A stretch of 64,000 bases of DNA from Eledone cirrhosa (taxonomy: Eukaryota): positions 67,456,001-67,520,000 of the forward strand of contig OZ024743.1 in NCBI GenBank assembly GCA_964016885.1. The letters run 5' to 3'. Positions 14,156 to 28,413 of this stretch are shown here, piece after piece (positions within the stretch are counted from its first letter, which is position 1; each line of letters opens with the position of its first letter). Both the position numbers and the translations under genes were made by a program. The notes below the pieces were generated by a model. It had not been told where the DNA came from and searched no databases. It worked only from the letters and a program-made list of their open reading frames with translations.

Positions 14156-16208
14156 AGTTCTTTCGTTGCACATCTGCTACATCGTCAGTGGTGCTATTGT
14201 TTCTTCCCGTTGCATTCTATTTTCTACGCCAACTTTATTTAGTTTGCGTGTGTGTATAGTGTTTTGTTTGATGTGTGTTCGTGATTGGGTGACTGTGTAT
14301 TAGTTAATGTATTCTATCTTTACTAGTGTGTGTTTATATGTGTTTGTTGTTATTGTGATTGTGTATTTATTTATTTATTCATTTATCTATTTATTTATGT
14401 ATACTTTCCTTAGGTCAGTGTTGTTTGTTTGGGTGTTGCTGTTATTCCATTCCTTCTTTCTGTTTAGCCTTGGCCTTCTAAGTTCTATTTCACTGGCCTC
14501 TCTGATTTGCCTATCTGCTGGGTCATTTCTATGTTTAGATATTATTCTAATTTCTATGTTGTCTATGTTACCTTCGTGTTGTTGTCTGGCATGTTCGTAT
14601 GGTACTGAACCGTTTTTTCGTCCTTTTAGTTCCCCCAGTGTTGGTCTATCCTTTCACCTATGCTACGAGCTGTCTCACCTATGTATGTTGTTGTCATGTT
14701 TCTGCAAGTACCCTCTGTATATCTTATGCTATAGACTACGTTTCTAGTTTTACTGTTTATCCGGGGGTTTACCTTACATATGATACATTTCCTATTAGAA
14801 CTTGTTTTTCTTAAAAGGGTATGTTTTGCTGGTCAGGTATTTTATGGTGGTTCCTGGCTTTTCTACCACCTTAATCTTTAAGTGGGTCTTTCTCAAGGCC
14901 TTTCTACACTGGTTAGCTAATTTCCCTCCAGGGGTATCGTCCACAAACATGACACTCTGGTATCTCTGGTTGTCGTACCATGAGGTGGTTTTCCCTATCG
15001 TATGTCTAGCCCTATCTAAGCTATTCCATGATTTGCTCCTGTATAATGGGAAAATTCCTTTCATGTCCAGTTCTATGAGAGTCTTATACTTCTCCGTAGC
15101 TCCTTCGTATACTCTGACCCTGTCTCTTTGGTTGTAGCCAGAGAATTGCATGCGGTTGATGAAGTGTTGGATGTCTCTTTCCATTTCTGTTGGGTCGCAC
15201 ATGCGGGACACGTTCTTCATCACTCGTACCAAGTCTGCGATCAGAATATTAAACTTAGCACTACTGGACATTGCTGAGTTTTTGAGTATCAGGTTTTTGG
15301 AGGCCATGGGTTTAGCATAGTGTGAGTGGAGAATTTTGGGCTCTCTCGTCTATAGTGATAATCCAGAGTTCCGTATCTAATACGGGTAGTCTATTGTTAG
15401 GGTGTTTGGAAGGGTAGTCGATAGTTACAGTTATACTCTGGTGTATGGAATTAGCTATCTGCTGGATGTTTTCCATTGTGCTACGTTCTAAATCCAACTT
15501 GTTAGTGCTCTCTAGTGGGGATGTTCTTATAACTATATTGATATTGTCTACGTAACGAGAGTACATGATAAGGTCTATGGAGCTCTCATTAAGGAGATCT
15601 TTAAGTCTCCATTCCCACCATACCATAAAAAGGTTGGCAACATCACCAGCTATGCTGACGCCAATGGCTGCTCCCTCATTTTGGGTGTAGATCTTCTCGT
15701 TGGACTTGAATATGTGGCCCTTACGGATCTTGTTGGTGGTCCTGTTGTTGGGTCGTCGACTGTCTTGTGGTCTTTGCGGAGCCCATACAAGGGTGGTATG
15801 CCATTGTTGGATGACTGGAAGTTGTTGGCAGTGCGTCTGCTTGGCTTTAGGATGTCGGTCCACATCATCATGTGAGCGTTGAGGATTTTCTCTCTCCCAT
15901 CATGTATTTGCTGTGCAATTTCGCTGGTGTTGGTGATGTGGGGTTGCATAGCCTTGATGTAGTTCGGCATGCTATCTATTGACATCATACCAGACTTATC
16001 CGTGGGTATACATACTACCTCACCATCCCTTGTGCGCTGCTTGAGGCTAACCAATCCTTCTACAGGTTTCCTCCCAAGTTGTTGGGCCTCTGGTCTGCTC
16101 TGTCTCTTAGTATACCGGTCTACTATTTGTCTAATCTTATTTCTAGCTATGGTGAACTGTGCCTCTGTCTCGTCATCTATTTGTTGTGGTATGCAAACTC
16201 TTTTATTA
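14155..16208 (-). mobile_element. Decayed, internally deleted Penelope-like element of a second lineage (RT + GIY-YIG + HHR)
   Basis: PTDKSG, PPLYGLRKDHK, GAAIGVSIAGDVANLFM, YSRYVDNI, LPVLDTELW, KPMASK; 14440-14800 gives VVYSI..YIGETARSIGERIDQH..RQIREA..LNRKKEW; HHR core CTGACGA (14182-14188) and GAAA (14161-14164). Confidence 0.92.
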
Positions 16209-16457
16209 GATATATATATATATTTATATATATATACATATATATATATATAAATATATATACATATATATATATATATGTGTGCGTGTGGGTGGTGCAT
16301 GGGGTTGTGTGTGTATACAGAGTTAAGCGAGAGATAGACTGAGTGAATTTATAGTAATTACAAATAGAATAGTTAACGCTATAGAGATGTTATATTCAAT
16401 TTAATGTGTCTTTACAAAAGAAAGAAATACTTCACTTTCCTTACTCTTCTATATATA

Positions 16458-16600
16458 CGGTTGTGAAACAGCTGTCGACATTCTATCGTACACAATAAAC
16501 CAATAACAATTCTTCTGTTTCAATACCAGGCTCTCATTTATATTTTATCACTAATGGGTAACCTTTGCTTTTATCCCAACCTCACTATATATTCGTATAC
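16458..16600 (+). mobile_element. pLTR tail starting with an HHR 3' half
   Basis: GAAA CAGCTG TC at 16465-16476 (palindromic stem III, GUC triplet), then AATAAA; 5' half missing. Confidence 0.6.
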
Positions 16601-16728
16601 ACCTGTATACATAAATACATGACACATAGTTACAGTCATGGAGTGTGTGTTATTCGTGTAACACAAGCTGACTTGACATTTTATCAGTCAGGTGTTCTAA
16701 AGATTCTCCCTCTATATATATATAATCG

Positions 16729-16772
<44 letters not shown>

Positions 16773-17147
16773 TATACATTTATGTTTTGGTTGTGCCTTG
16801 AAATATAGCCATTGTCTCTAGCTTAGCCCCCCCCCCCCTTCGCCACCCAGTTCTTGAAAAAAGGTTGTATTGGATAATATAACGATCGTATAAATGTGAG
16901 CTCGTAGTATTGCTATATTTATTTGCAGATATTTCTCCACAAGTTCCACATCTCGATAAGGATAGAGAATCTCGATAAGGAGAAAAAACTCCGAAACAAT
17001 TGACGATTATTTCCTCTCAGCTGCCGCTGGAAAAAATGGTTGACGTTGGTCATCTGACACTTGGCATCATATGTGGCTGTTCGCTTGCAAACAAAGCGAA
17101 TATTAATAATATTGTCATTGTTATGATATTGTTATTCACACACACGC

Positions 17148-17356
17148 AAGAAATCCCACTAGAAGGAAGATGCAGTAGAGGAAGACCACGAAAACCATGG
17201 ACGGAGGTAGTGAGAGCAGACCTCAGATCGCTGAAGTTCACGGAGAAGATGACAAAGGACCGTGACAAGTGGAGAGAGGCTGTGCTGAATAGGACCCGTG
17301 CCACCCTTGCAAGCAAGGAAAAGCGGACGTAAAATTATGATGATGATGATTATGAT

Positions 17357-17357
<1 letters not shown>
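17148..17357 (+). mobile_element. RTE-clade LINE 3' end
   Basis: EGRCSRGRPRKPWTEVVRADL...DRDKWREAV followed by a (GAT)n tail. Confidence 0.85.
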
Positions 17358-17414
<57 letters not shown>

Positions 17415-17589
17415 GTTTTATATAGAAATAGCTTCCACATGACTAGAAAAGTTTAATTCAAATGAAATGACGAGGAAGCCATTTCTATATTAAATATGAT
17501 GTTTACACTCTACTAATGTATTGAGTACAGTACTAACTGTAGTTAATCCCGATTTAACACATACACAGACACACAAACACTCACACACA

Positions 17590-17750
<161 letters not shown>

Positions 17751-17950
17751 TATATCAAATAACAGTTTTGTTCTTACCCATATTTAATTCATACTCTTTC
17801 AAAAACATATTTCACTTTGTTGCAGGTAATATATATTTAATATATGCATTGCGTTCATTTAACTGTATTATACACAGAGAAATAAACACGCACGTATACA
17901 CCTAAACAACCCTACGTCCACCATACATTTACACACACACACACACACAC

Positions 17951-18087
<137 letters not shown>

Positions 18088-18299
18088 GAGAGAGAGAGAT
18101 ACTGTAGGAATCGATATGTATTCCGCAAAGAAAATGAAATTATGTCTCCGAACAAATTCGAGCTAAAACGTGCGATGCAATACAATATATTGAAATTCAC
18201 TACGATAATAGAAGAATAAAATACTATGACGTAAATTAAATCTCTTGAAATATATATTATATTATTACTCTCCAGTTGAATATAGATCCCCGTTCATTG

Positions 18300-19100
18300 A
18301 GCACTTTGCTAAACTATTAAACCATATTACGTCAGAATTTGTTTTGTGGCATAATGCTAGACTCGGTTTCTCTATAAGCTTTTAAATGATTTCGTCCAGA
18401 AAGTGTTTGCTGGCTGACAAGAGATGTTGTTTTGCTGGGTTTATGTGTCTAGTATTGCTACATATTGTTAATATTCGTTTCATGGTCCTTAAGAGTAAAC
18501 TAGAGAATATTATAAGGAGATGATATATTTTATCATCTACGTTTAATTCCGAATCAACCTTCTTTGTGGAAGAATTAGTGTTGTTTAAACTGGCATGATA
18601 CAGTTTGTGATCAAGATAGTTAATAACCAGAAGTATTTTAGTAAATTAAATTTACATAGATTATTCAACTATCAGCTTTAATAAAGATATTGTGGCTAGG
18701 TATCTACAGCTAAACCTTCTTTCGTTGTTCGTCTTGGAATGCATGAAATGTTTGTTGAAATGTTCTTAATCACATGAAAGAATTTCTTCATTAGTTTTTG
18801 GCAAAATATTTAGTTAAAGACATAGTATAGTTTGGAGTCCCTATTTTGTGTATGTGTATGGAGGAGGTGTCTTCAGGTAGGAATTTATCTTTAAATAAAA
18901 ATTTTCAATCTAATCTTTTTCACGAAATTATCTGTGTTCTGTTATAAACTATTTTCTTTCAAATATTTTATTATAACCTCTCGAGTACTTTCTTTTACGA
19001 GTGTTCAGGGGTATTAAATTGCGTAGATACATTAATTCTTTTCAAAAAGAACAACGAAACAAAGATTTAACTGTGAAAATCTAGCCACGTTTTCTGTGTT
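18300..19100 (-). pseudogene. Highly decayed N-terminal RT region of a Hydra-like PLE
   Basis: Minus-strand fragments IFIKAD, TLKDHETNINN, RHINPAK and DVIWF in the expected order, with many stops and frameshifts. Confidence 0.55.
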
Positions 19101-19512
19101 AAATGTGATAAGACTAAGAAGATATACTAAGTTATAACAATAAACATGCCACTGGCTATTATCTAATGCTATCTTAAATATCTATAATAGCGTATCATGT
19201 AGCTTAAACTATATAAATACAGCCACTGTGAGAAGCACCGAAGAATTAAACTGAGTAGAATGGATACACGGCTTGTACAAAAGTCTACGTTATTCTCAGT
19301 AAGCATAAAACAAATTTTACCAAACCACAGGTTTATTACATGAAAGACATATCTAGGTACCATTACTAAAACATTTCGGACTGAATTATACTAAAACCTA
19401 AACGAAAATTGAAGAAGCTACCCCGATGAAGCAATTGGAATTTAATCATAAACTTGTTAAATATCATACAAGATAAGAACAACAGCAATTTCATTCGATT
19501 CCATGTTAATAA

Positions 19513-19698
19513 CTGTTTCTACTTTAGGCACAAGGCCAGCAATTACTCAGTGCATTACTGGTACTTTATTTTATCGACCCCGTAAGGATGAAAGGCAAAG
19601 TCAACCTCGGCGGGATTTGAACGCAGATCGTAAAGGGACGTAACTATGCTTGAAAGCATGGCGTCCGACCTTCTACTGATACTGCCAATCCACCGCCC
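19513..19698 (-). mobile_element. tRNA-derived SINE with Meta-like central domain
   Basis: A box TGGCAGTATC.G, B box GTTCAAATCC, core GCCTTTCATCCTTACGGGGTCGATAAAATAAAGTACCAG; flanking duplication GTTAATAACTGTT. Confidence 0.9.
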
Positions 19699-20364
19699 TT
19701 GTTAATAACTGTTCCATGTTAATAACTATTGCTTGAACAGATTCCAATTTCTGGTAACGACATTGAAATTATTCGACATATAAAAACATTTATATTTTGC
19801 AATAAATCTACTTGGATTTCACAAACAAAATACATGAAATCATAATAATATGGTTTTGATAACACATATATATTGTACAAGATATAAAGAGATATGAATA
19901 AAAAATAAAGTAACATCTTTTCACGTTGTCCACACGACAAAATAAACTCGAAAATAACACCAGAAGCCATAATAAGATACCCATAATGAGTCAAAATAAT
20001 AAGATACCCATAATAAGATATTCATAATGAGTCAAAAGTGATAGGTGTTCAGGCGTTCCACAACAAAAATAGTGTTGCATATACTCCAGGAACAAGCAGG
20101 TGTACCTGGTGATGAGGTAGAAGCTAGCATGAAAAACGTAAGGGAATATTTATATCCACATTTGGCACAGGATGAAGGGTACTTGAATTTATCGATCTCA
20201 AAAGGATAAAGAGTAATGCTAACCTCGGTGGCATTTGAACTCACTGCGAAAATAGCCATCAGAAAATACCAACGCCCTAATGATTATGCCGAAATTCATA
20301 TTTAGAATAAAGCCTTTATATATAGGTGTTACGTACTGGGTTCATATATATATATGTATATATA

Positions 20365-20524
20365 TCTATCTATCTATCTAAGGCGGGTCAAATTCCCGAG
20401 ATCCATGGACGAGTTCTCTCCAGCGGTCTCTGTCCCTCATTATCGCTGCCATATCCTGCATCTCCAACAGACCAGTGTCTGTCCTTAGGGCATCAACATA
20501 TGTTAACCTTGGTCTTCCTCTTCT
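20365..20524 (-). mobile_element. RTE/RTE-X LINE 3' end with (TAGA)n tail
   Basis: Minus strand translates to RRGRPRLTYVDALRTDTGL...MRDRDRWRELV-stop. Confidence 0.8.
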
Positions 20525-20543
20525 ATATATATATATATTATTA

Positions 20544-20729
20544 TTAGAAAGTGACGTTTTTTACAAAATGAAAAAAACGAGGTGTCCTACACGAGTGAAA
20601 GTATAAGGAGAAAAGATGAAATCGAAAATGCAACTGGAGTCTTTTTTTATATATATTTATTTGTTTCCTTTACCGGTTTCGCAGTTCTTATGCTTTTCAA
20701 AAGTTGAATTGAGATGGAGGGTTTGTGGT

Positions 20730-20733
<4 letters not shown>
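20544..20733 (-). mobile_element. Family A HHR element
   Basis: CTT TTGAAAA GCAT-AAGAA-CTGC GAAA CCGG TA AAG on the minus strand; TA flanks. Confidence 0.85.
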
Positions 20734-20777
<44 letters not shown>

Positions 20778-20950
20778 CCAGAATGAAGCAGTCTAGTCTT
20801 TCTACATTAAATATATATACTCTGCTTCGTATTCAGTACCTTACTTAACCACGATTGTACCAAGGATAAACTTATATATATATATAAACACACACATATA
20901 TATATAAATATATATATATATGTATATATAAATATATATATACATATATA

Positions 20951-21021
<71 letters not shown>

Positions 21022-21023
21022 GC

Positions 21024-21063
<40 letters not shown>

Positions 21064-21473
21064 GGTTGAGATATAGAGTTTACATAACAGGTTTACATAA
21101 CTTATAGAATATATATAATACATATATATTAATTGTTTATATTGAATGTTTAGAACGGCTGATGCGAAACAGACCAATATATCTCTGGTTGCTGACTATC
21201 AAATTTAATCATGGCCTTATATTCATCAATAATTTCAGAATGATAAAACTGAGGATGACGTTGACAACGATGATGATGATAATGATGATGATGGTGATGG
21301 TCATAATGATAATAAGTATTATGGTGGTAATGGTAATAGTGATGTGGTTGATGGTGGGGTTGTAGAAGACAAGGATGATGGAGGCGGTTCTAACGATGGT
21401 TGTGATGATGTTAATGAGTAGGATTTTTACATAATTGTGATAGCATTGACGGTGATCACAGCGATAGAGGTGG

Positions 21474-21537
<64 letters not shown>

Positions 21538-22076
21538 AAATTTAATGTTGATGATTGGGATTATGATTAGAGAGATGAAGTTGTTAACAATGATAATAAT
21601 AATAAGTCTAAGTATTTTGATAGTAATGACAGTGATGTCTACAAAGATGATTGTGTTGCTGATGTGATAACAATAAAGGTAATTGAATTAATGTTGGTGG
21701 TGATGATGATTGAAATCTTTGTAGCTCTCATAGAATATATGAATGTTAAAAATGAAAAAGATAATTAAATAATGAAAAAAATATATACCAAATAAAAATG
21801 CTGAGACAAAAAATTATAGTGAAGATGGCGACCGTAGATAAAAAGTGAAAACAATGTCGCAATTCCATTGGACGTTCACTTAGTACCGGAAGGAAGTGTT
21901 ATTAACGTTTTAATACTGTATGAGAATACCTAGACTATGATACGTAACAAGAAAGACGACCTTTAACAAAACAGACAAGTAGTGAATAATAAAAAAGTCT
22001 TCACACATCCATCTCTTCAGTCTCCAACCCCTCTCTCTCACACACGCGGATACACACATATATTCGTATATCAAAT

Positions 22077-22240
<164 letters not shown>

Positions 22241-22345
22241 TGTGTAAAATTATATATATATACATATATATATATATATAATTATCTGTTTTCTATATAC
22301 ACATATACATACTCATACATATATATACACTTATACATTCACATA

Positions 22346-22381
<36 letters not shown>

Positions 22382-22468
22382 CAAACACACGCCCACACCG
22401 CACACATATCTCTATATATGTGTGTAGCCTTGCATACACGGATATAGATATATAGAAATATATGTTGC

Positions 22469-22508
<40 letters not shown>

Positions 22509-22511
<3 letters not shown>

Positions 22512-22662
22512 AACGAGGGACCCCGACGGCTGAGCTCAAGCCGTCTCGACGGCTAATTCTTGGTCCAGAATTAGCCGTCGAAACGGCTTGAGCTCAGCCG
22601 TCTGGGTCCTACTCGTTCCTATTACCCACTCTTCTACCTGGTTCCTTACCACATTTCCTTCG

Positions 22663-22665
<3 letters not shown>
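22509..22665. mobile_element. Family D fold-back element
   Basis: 22509-22561 is inverted relative to 22566-22621; the axis is the stem II loop. Confidence 0.85.
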
Positions 22666-22751
<86 letters not shown>

Positions 22752-23216
22752 CACATATATGTATAAAAATATACATCAAAATACATGCACTCATACTTAT
22801 ATTTTTTGTCTGGATAGGTATATAGTTATATATGAAACTTATCATGAATAACATTAAACATACACACAGACACAGACGTACTCACATACACACACACACG
22901 CACACATTATATATATATATATACACACACACAAATGAATCGAATACAGATGAAAAAAGATATTCGAAAAGAATTTGAAATGATGAAAAGAGAGATATTA
23001 TGCCATAACAATAGATATCATATGTGTGAATTGATTATGTTTCTTGAGGAAAAAAGTTCTGCCATAAAAGTCGTGAAATAACAAGAAGTAAGACTTGTCA
23101 CTGATTTATAGGACTTGAATCCATGTGATGTCTGCTGAGTTTATTTCTTTTCAGTGTTTTTTATTTCATGTATTCTTAATTATATATATATACAAAAACA
23201 TGTATACATATATACG

Positions 23217-23248
<32 letters not shown>

Positions 23249-23334
23249 TGTATGTATGTATGTATGCATGTATGTATATGTGTATATATATATATGTGTA
23301 TATATATATGTATGTATGTATATATATGTGTATG

Positions 23335-23536
<202 letters not shown>

Positions 23537-23670
23537 AAGAGAGAGAGAGAGAGATTTGTCTTTCTCTCTCTCTGTCTCTCTCTCTCTACACACACACATA
23601 TATATATATATATCTTACCGTAGAAACATGGTGGAATGAAAAGGTGATGGGTGACAGGTTTTATTCAGCA

Positions 23671-23762
<92 letters not shown>

Positions 23763-24061
23763 CTGTTAGTTTTTGAACGGCAGTCTATTCATACATGCCC
23801 ATATGTATACATGAGAGAACCGGAAGATACTGTGACTTATCAGTGATCATGTTGACTGACAATCGAATCTTATATAATAATAGTATATAGTATGAAATAT
23901 TTACTTTGAGGAGACCCAAGTTATTTAGCTGTTACATTATAATTTATGGCTTTTCGTATCTGTTCCTTTTGTGTGTAGACAAATATTTACAATGTAACAA
24001 TGACAAAAAGGAAGAGAAAATGGGAAAAAAGGTGTAAGCATACCTCACACACGCACACATG

Positions 24062-24120
<59 letters not shown>

Positions 24121-24152
24121 TATTTTCCGTAGTGTTGTAATATAAATATTAC

Positions 24153-24267
24153 ACACAGTAGATGGACAGCTCACGTAGAGTTTGCTCGATGGTTCCAGTT
24201 GTAGTTCCAAAAGTAATCCGGATTCTGATGAAATGACAGTTGATAATAACATTGAAATATTGAATGT
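24153..24267 (-). CDS. Candidate host exon, possibly the end of a beta-sandwich (discoidin/galactose-binding-like) domain
   Basis: Acceptor ttatgcag, weak donor GTAATA; open frame DIQYFNVIINCHFIRIRITFGTTTGTIEQTLRELSIYC. The domain guess is pattern inference only. Confidence 0.4.
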
Positions 24268-24374
24268 CTGCATAACTAATACTTTGTAGATAGCAGCTGT
24301 TTTCAGGTTATGTAACTGTTATAGAAGCACGTGTCAATAAATTCCTTTTAACTAAACTGTATCCATTTAAAACC

Positions 24375-24405
<31 letters not shown>

Positions 24406-24477
24406 AGCATGTGTGTGCGTGTATGCTTACACCTTTTTTCTCATTATATTCTCTCTCTCTCTCCATATATATATTAA

Positions 24478-24662
24478 TAATTGTTTCTACTTTTGGCACA
24501 AGGCCAGCAATTACTCAGTATATTACTGGTACTTTATTTTATCGACCACGTAAGGATGAAAGGCAAAGTTACCCTCGGCCGGATTTGAACTCGAACCGTA
24601 AAGGGACGTAACTATGCTGGAAAGCATGGCGTCCGACTCTCTACCGATACTGCCAATCCACA
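24478..24662 (-). mobile_element. SINE (same family as 19513)
   Basis: Same A/B boxes, core and tail TGTGCCAAAAGTAGAAACAAT. Confidence 0.9.
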
Positions 24663-24985
24663 ATAACATTCGATTCGTTTACAATTATGCAAACAAGCCT
24701 CATTTTTATAGCCATGTCAGTAGAATGAACCCTTCGTTCTTGCTCTTATGTTGGCATGTAAACAGAACTGCAGACACTAATGTTTCTGAGTATCACCCTT
24801 CATCAGTACAGCTCATGTAGAGCGAAAATTGTCTTTATATATATACTGTATATAAGCAAAGAGATATTTAAATCGCTGGTAATTCAAAAAATTTATTTAT
24901 AACAAGTTCGAAGCACTCGACAAGTTTCCTCGAATATAATATCAATGATATTAATAAATGGAAACTATATTTATAAAACCATATT

Positions 24986-25048
24986 TATTTTATTATATAT
25001 ATTTCAAGGGTAGCAAAAGAATTTGTTACGCACTCATCAGATAAAATA
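24986..25048 (-). ncRNA. Type I hammerhead (family F)
   Basis: TATTTTAT CTGATGA imperfect stem II GAAA TATATA TA ATAAAATA; 8-bp stem I. Confidence 0.8.
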
Positions 25049-25242
25049 CAAAATTTGTTTTACAAATAGTGACATACCCGAGAAACCAGACCTTATCGGT
25101 TCAGGTTTCGTTTGGATATCCAAACGAAACCTGAACCGATAAGGTCTGGTTTCTCTGGTATGTCACTATTTATAAAACACATTTTGTATTTTATCTGATG
25201 AGTACGTATCAAAATTTGTTGATACCCTTGAAATATATATAA

Positions 25243-26136
25243 CTAGCAGTGGTACCCGGCGTTGCATGGGATAATGTATTTTGGAACGCGGGCCGCCAAC
25301 AGACCTAATCATGGAAAATCTGCATGACTGGACAATATGTAAAGAAAATAAACCGAATACTCTGATGGCTGGATAATCTTTAAGATTTTCCCCGATGAAG
25401 CAAGAAAAATGCAGGTTTTCACCTAGGGGATCAAGAAAATAATTTTTTTTATGTGCATAATATGTTTTGAAATTTCGGGAAAATCGGGTCGACGTAACGC
25501 CTCAAAACAGCCCTAAAAAGCTGAGAAAATGAAGTATTTCACCTAATGCGGGCCCTAGGCCATACAAAAGTTGGATTTTCTTTGCTCACGGTATGAAGAA
25601 GAGACTGAGTAATACATAGTTACAATTTCAAGGAAATCGGTCTAACGTAACGCCTCAAAAAGCCGATAAAAAGCTGAAAAAACGCAGTTTTTCACCTAAG
25701 AGATCAAAAAATTGAATTTTATGAGCATAACACTCCCTGAAACATAAGTAATACACATGTAAAGTTTGAAAAAAGTCGGTTGGGTACTACTCGAGTTTTA
25801 GGGATTCAACCCCCCCCCCCCACACACACACATCCTCAGGGAAGTGACGTAATGCAGACAGTCAGACATACAGACAGATATTATAAGAGCTGTGACGTTA
25901 TACGTATGCATCTATCTAAAAAGAGAAAGACTAAGAATTAAAGAGAGAGATCGCTAAATCGCCTAATGCGGTCCCCAGGGCATTGAAAATTCAAATTTTT
26001 TTTTGTTCAGAACCCTCCCTTAAACATACGTATTACATGTGTAAAGATTGAAAACAGTCGGTTGGGAACTTCGCTAGTTTTAGGGATTCAAACTCACACA
26101 CACACAGACTGACATCCTCAGTTTCATATATATAGA
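25243..26136 (-). mobile_element. Non-autonomous Helitron
   Basis: 5'-TC and CTAG-3' ends on the minus strand, subterminal GC hairpin, inserted between A and T without TSD; removing it restores the host HHR; internal ~400-bp duplication; related copy at 55140. Confidence 0.92.
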
Positions 26137-26182
26137 TAAAATAAATATGGTTTTATAAATAGAGTTTCCATTTATTAATATC

Positions 26183-26236
<54 letters not shown>

Positions 26237-26239
<3 letters not shown>

Positions 26240-26450
26240 AACGAGTAGGACCCCGACGGCTGAGCTCAAGCCGTTTCGACGGCTAATTCTGGACTCAGAC
26301 GGCTAACTCTGGAGTCCAGAATTAGCCGTCGAAACGGCTTGAGCTCAGCCGTCGGGGTCCTACTCGTTCCTATTACCCACTCTACTACCCTAAGTATTGA
26401 GTACTTTGGTGCGTTATGGTCCATCTGGTTACTTACCATATTTCCTTCGT

Positions 26451-26452
<2 letters not shown>
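26237..26452. mobile_element. Family D fold-back element retaining a complete 16-bp stem II
   Basis: A GACGGCTAACTCTGGA G TCCAGAATTAGCCGTC GAAA CGGCT..AGCCG TC GGGG, preceded by an inverted copy ending at the stem II loop. Confidence 0.88.
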
Positions 26453-26488
<36 letters not shown>

Positions 26489-26649
26489 AGAATGGAAGCG
26501 GTAAAATTCTGTTAGACCATTACTCATCAGAGTACTCAATACTTTGGGTAGTAGAATGGGTAATATAACAAATTCGTGACCCCGATGGGTAAGTTCGGAT
26601 GTAGCTGTTGAAACGACCGGGGCACAGCGGTCGGGTTCCCGAATTTTTC

Positions 26650-26686
<37 letters not shown>

Positions 26687-26730
26687 TATATGTATATGTA
26701 TATATGTATATATATATATGTATATGTATA

Positions 26731-27030
<300 letters not shown>

Positions 27031-27470
27031 GGAGATATTAGATTTATTGTTGGTTTATTATGCAAATTAGTGTCGGAAAGGTTTAAATAACAGTATATCT
27101 AAATTAAGACGTTGTAAGAAGGAAAAAAAGCAAGAAAGGGAAAAGGAATTGTTTATATCCAATTTTTACCAGTGGGAGAGTAAACGTGTCTATATTTAAG
27201 TGAGAGAGAATATTAGTTATAAGGACAGTAATAGCGTAATTTTGTTTACGTTATGAGAGAAGAAGGGCAAGAAATGAATATAGCGTGGATGAATAATAGC
27301 CGGACTCATTATAATGATAGGTTGAAGAATTTTATCTAAGGTTTAATTAATAAATTTGATTAAATGTTTAATTAATAATTTAATAATTTAATAAGTAGTT
27401 TAAATGTGTATGTTAGATTATTAAAACATTGAAAACTTTTATATATATTATTAAAAAGTATATTATTATT

Positions 27471-27648
27471 ACAGTATCGGTAGAGGGTTGGATGCCATGC
27501 TTTGATGCATAGAGTTACGGCCCTTGCCATTCTGAGTTCAAATCCCGCCGAGGTTAACTTTGCCTTTCATCCTTACGGGGTCGATAAAATAAAGTACCAG
27601 TAATGCACTGGGTAATTGCTGGCCTTATGCCAAAAGTAGAAACAATTA
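27471..27648 (+). mobile_element. SINE, slightly 5'-truncated
   Basis: GAGTTCAAATCCCGCCGAGGTTAACTTTGCCTTTCATCCTTACGGGGTCG core. Confidence 0.9.
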
Positions 27649-28413
27649 TTATTATAATAAGATAGGTTCAAAGTATCCGAATAATTCTAAGCCCATGGAA
27701 ATTCCGAGAGTTTACAGAAGAATAATCCCTTATTTGTATTATAATAGCAGTAACAGCGTAAAGGAAATTATTAGTGATTTATTAATAATTCAGATAACTC
27801 TAAGGATTAAATGCTATAAGGTTAAGAAGTTAAAAAGTTAAATTTTCTATCTTAATAATGTAATTAGAATATGAATCTTATGTTATTTCATAGTAAGTCA
27901 TAAATATATAAATTCATAAATTTACCTGTTATACAGTTATAACTGTTAAAACGTAAATGTGCTTGCTATAACGTCATAACATATAGAAATTATAATATTA
28001 AAATTTTTTATATGAATATATCTAAAGCATAAACCACAAAAAACCTCTTTCATAAGAGTATATTTATAGAATATATTTAAAGTATAAATTTTAGGTTATA
28101 ACATATATACATAAAAATCACTATGTTTATCTTATATATATATATAAACATTTGTATATATATATATATATGTTTTAAGCATTTGAAAAATATAAGAATA
28201 TAGAAATATAAAATACACAATATAAAATATGAATTATAATTTTCTTATATCCATCAGAGGAATTTTCAAAAAATTTTCTTTAAATATTTCAGTACGTTTA
28301 TCAAGAAAAATGTTCAAGAAAAAGATTTTTCTTTAAGAGAGTCTCAGTAAACGACCGACCATTAAAGAGTTTCTTTTCATATTCCACCTTATTCAAGTGA
28401 AAATACAGTATTA

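Larger units (their letters stand above)
24948..26186. mobile_element. Family F fold-back element with two HHR motifs per arm; right arm split by a Helitron
   Basis: Axis GTTTGG-ATAT-CCAAAC at 25109-25125; arms are 24948-25117 and 25118-25242 plus 26137-26186. Confidence 0.88.

Noticed and set aside
19513-19698. tRNA genes
   Set aside because: The A/B boxes belong to SINE heads; there is no complete cloverleaf.
26515-26535. CTGATGA on the minus strand in the family D-like copy
   Set aside because: Aligns to TTGGTGC in other family D tails and has no stem II or GAAA; a chance match.
27660-28330. Possible further decayed PLE ORF upstream of the family F copy
   Set aside because: Too degenerate and AT-rich to read diagnostic motifs by eye.
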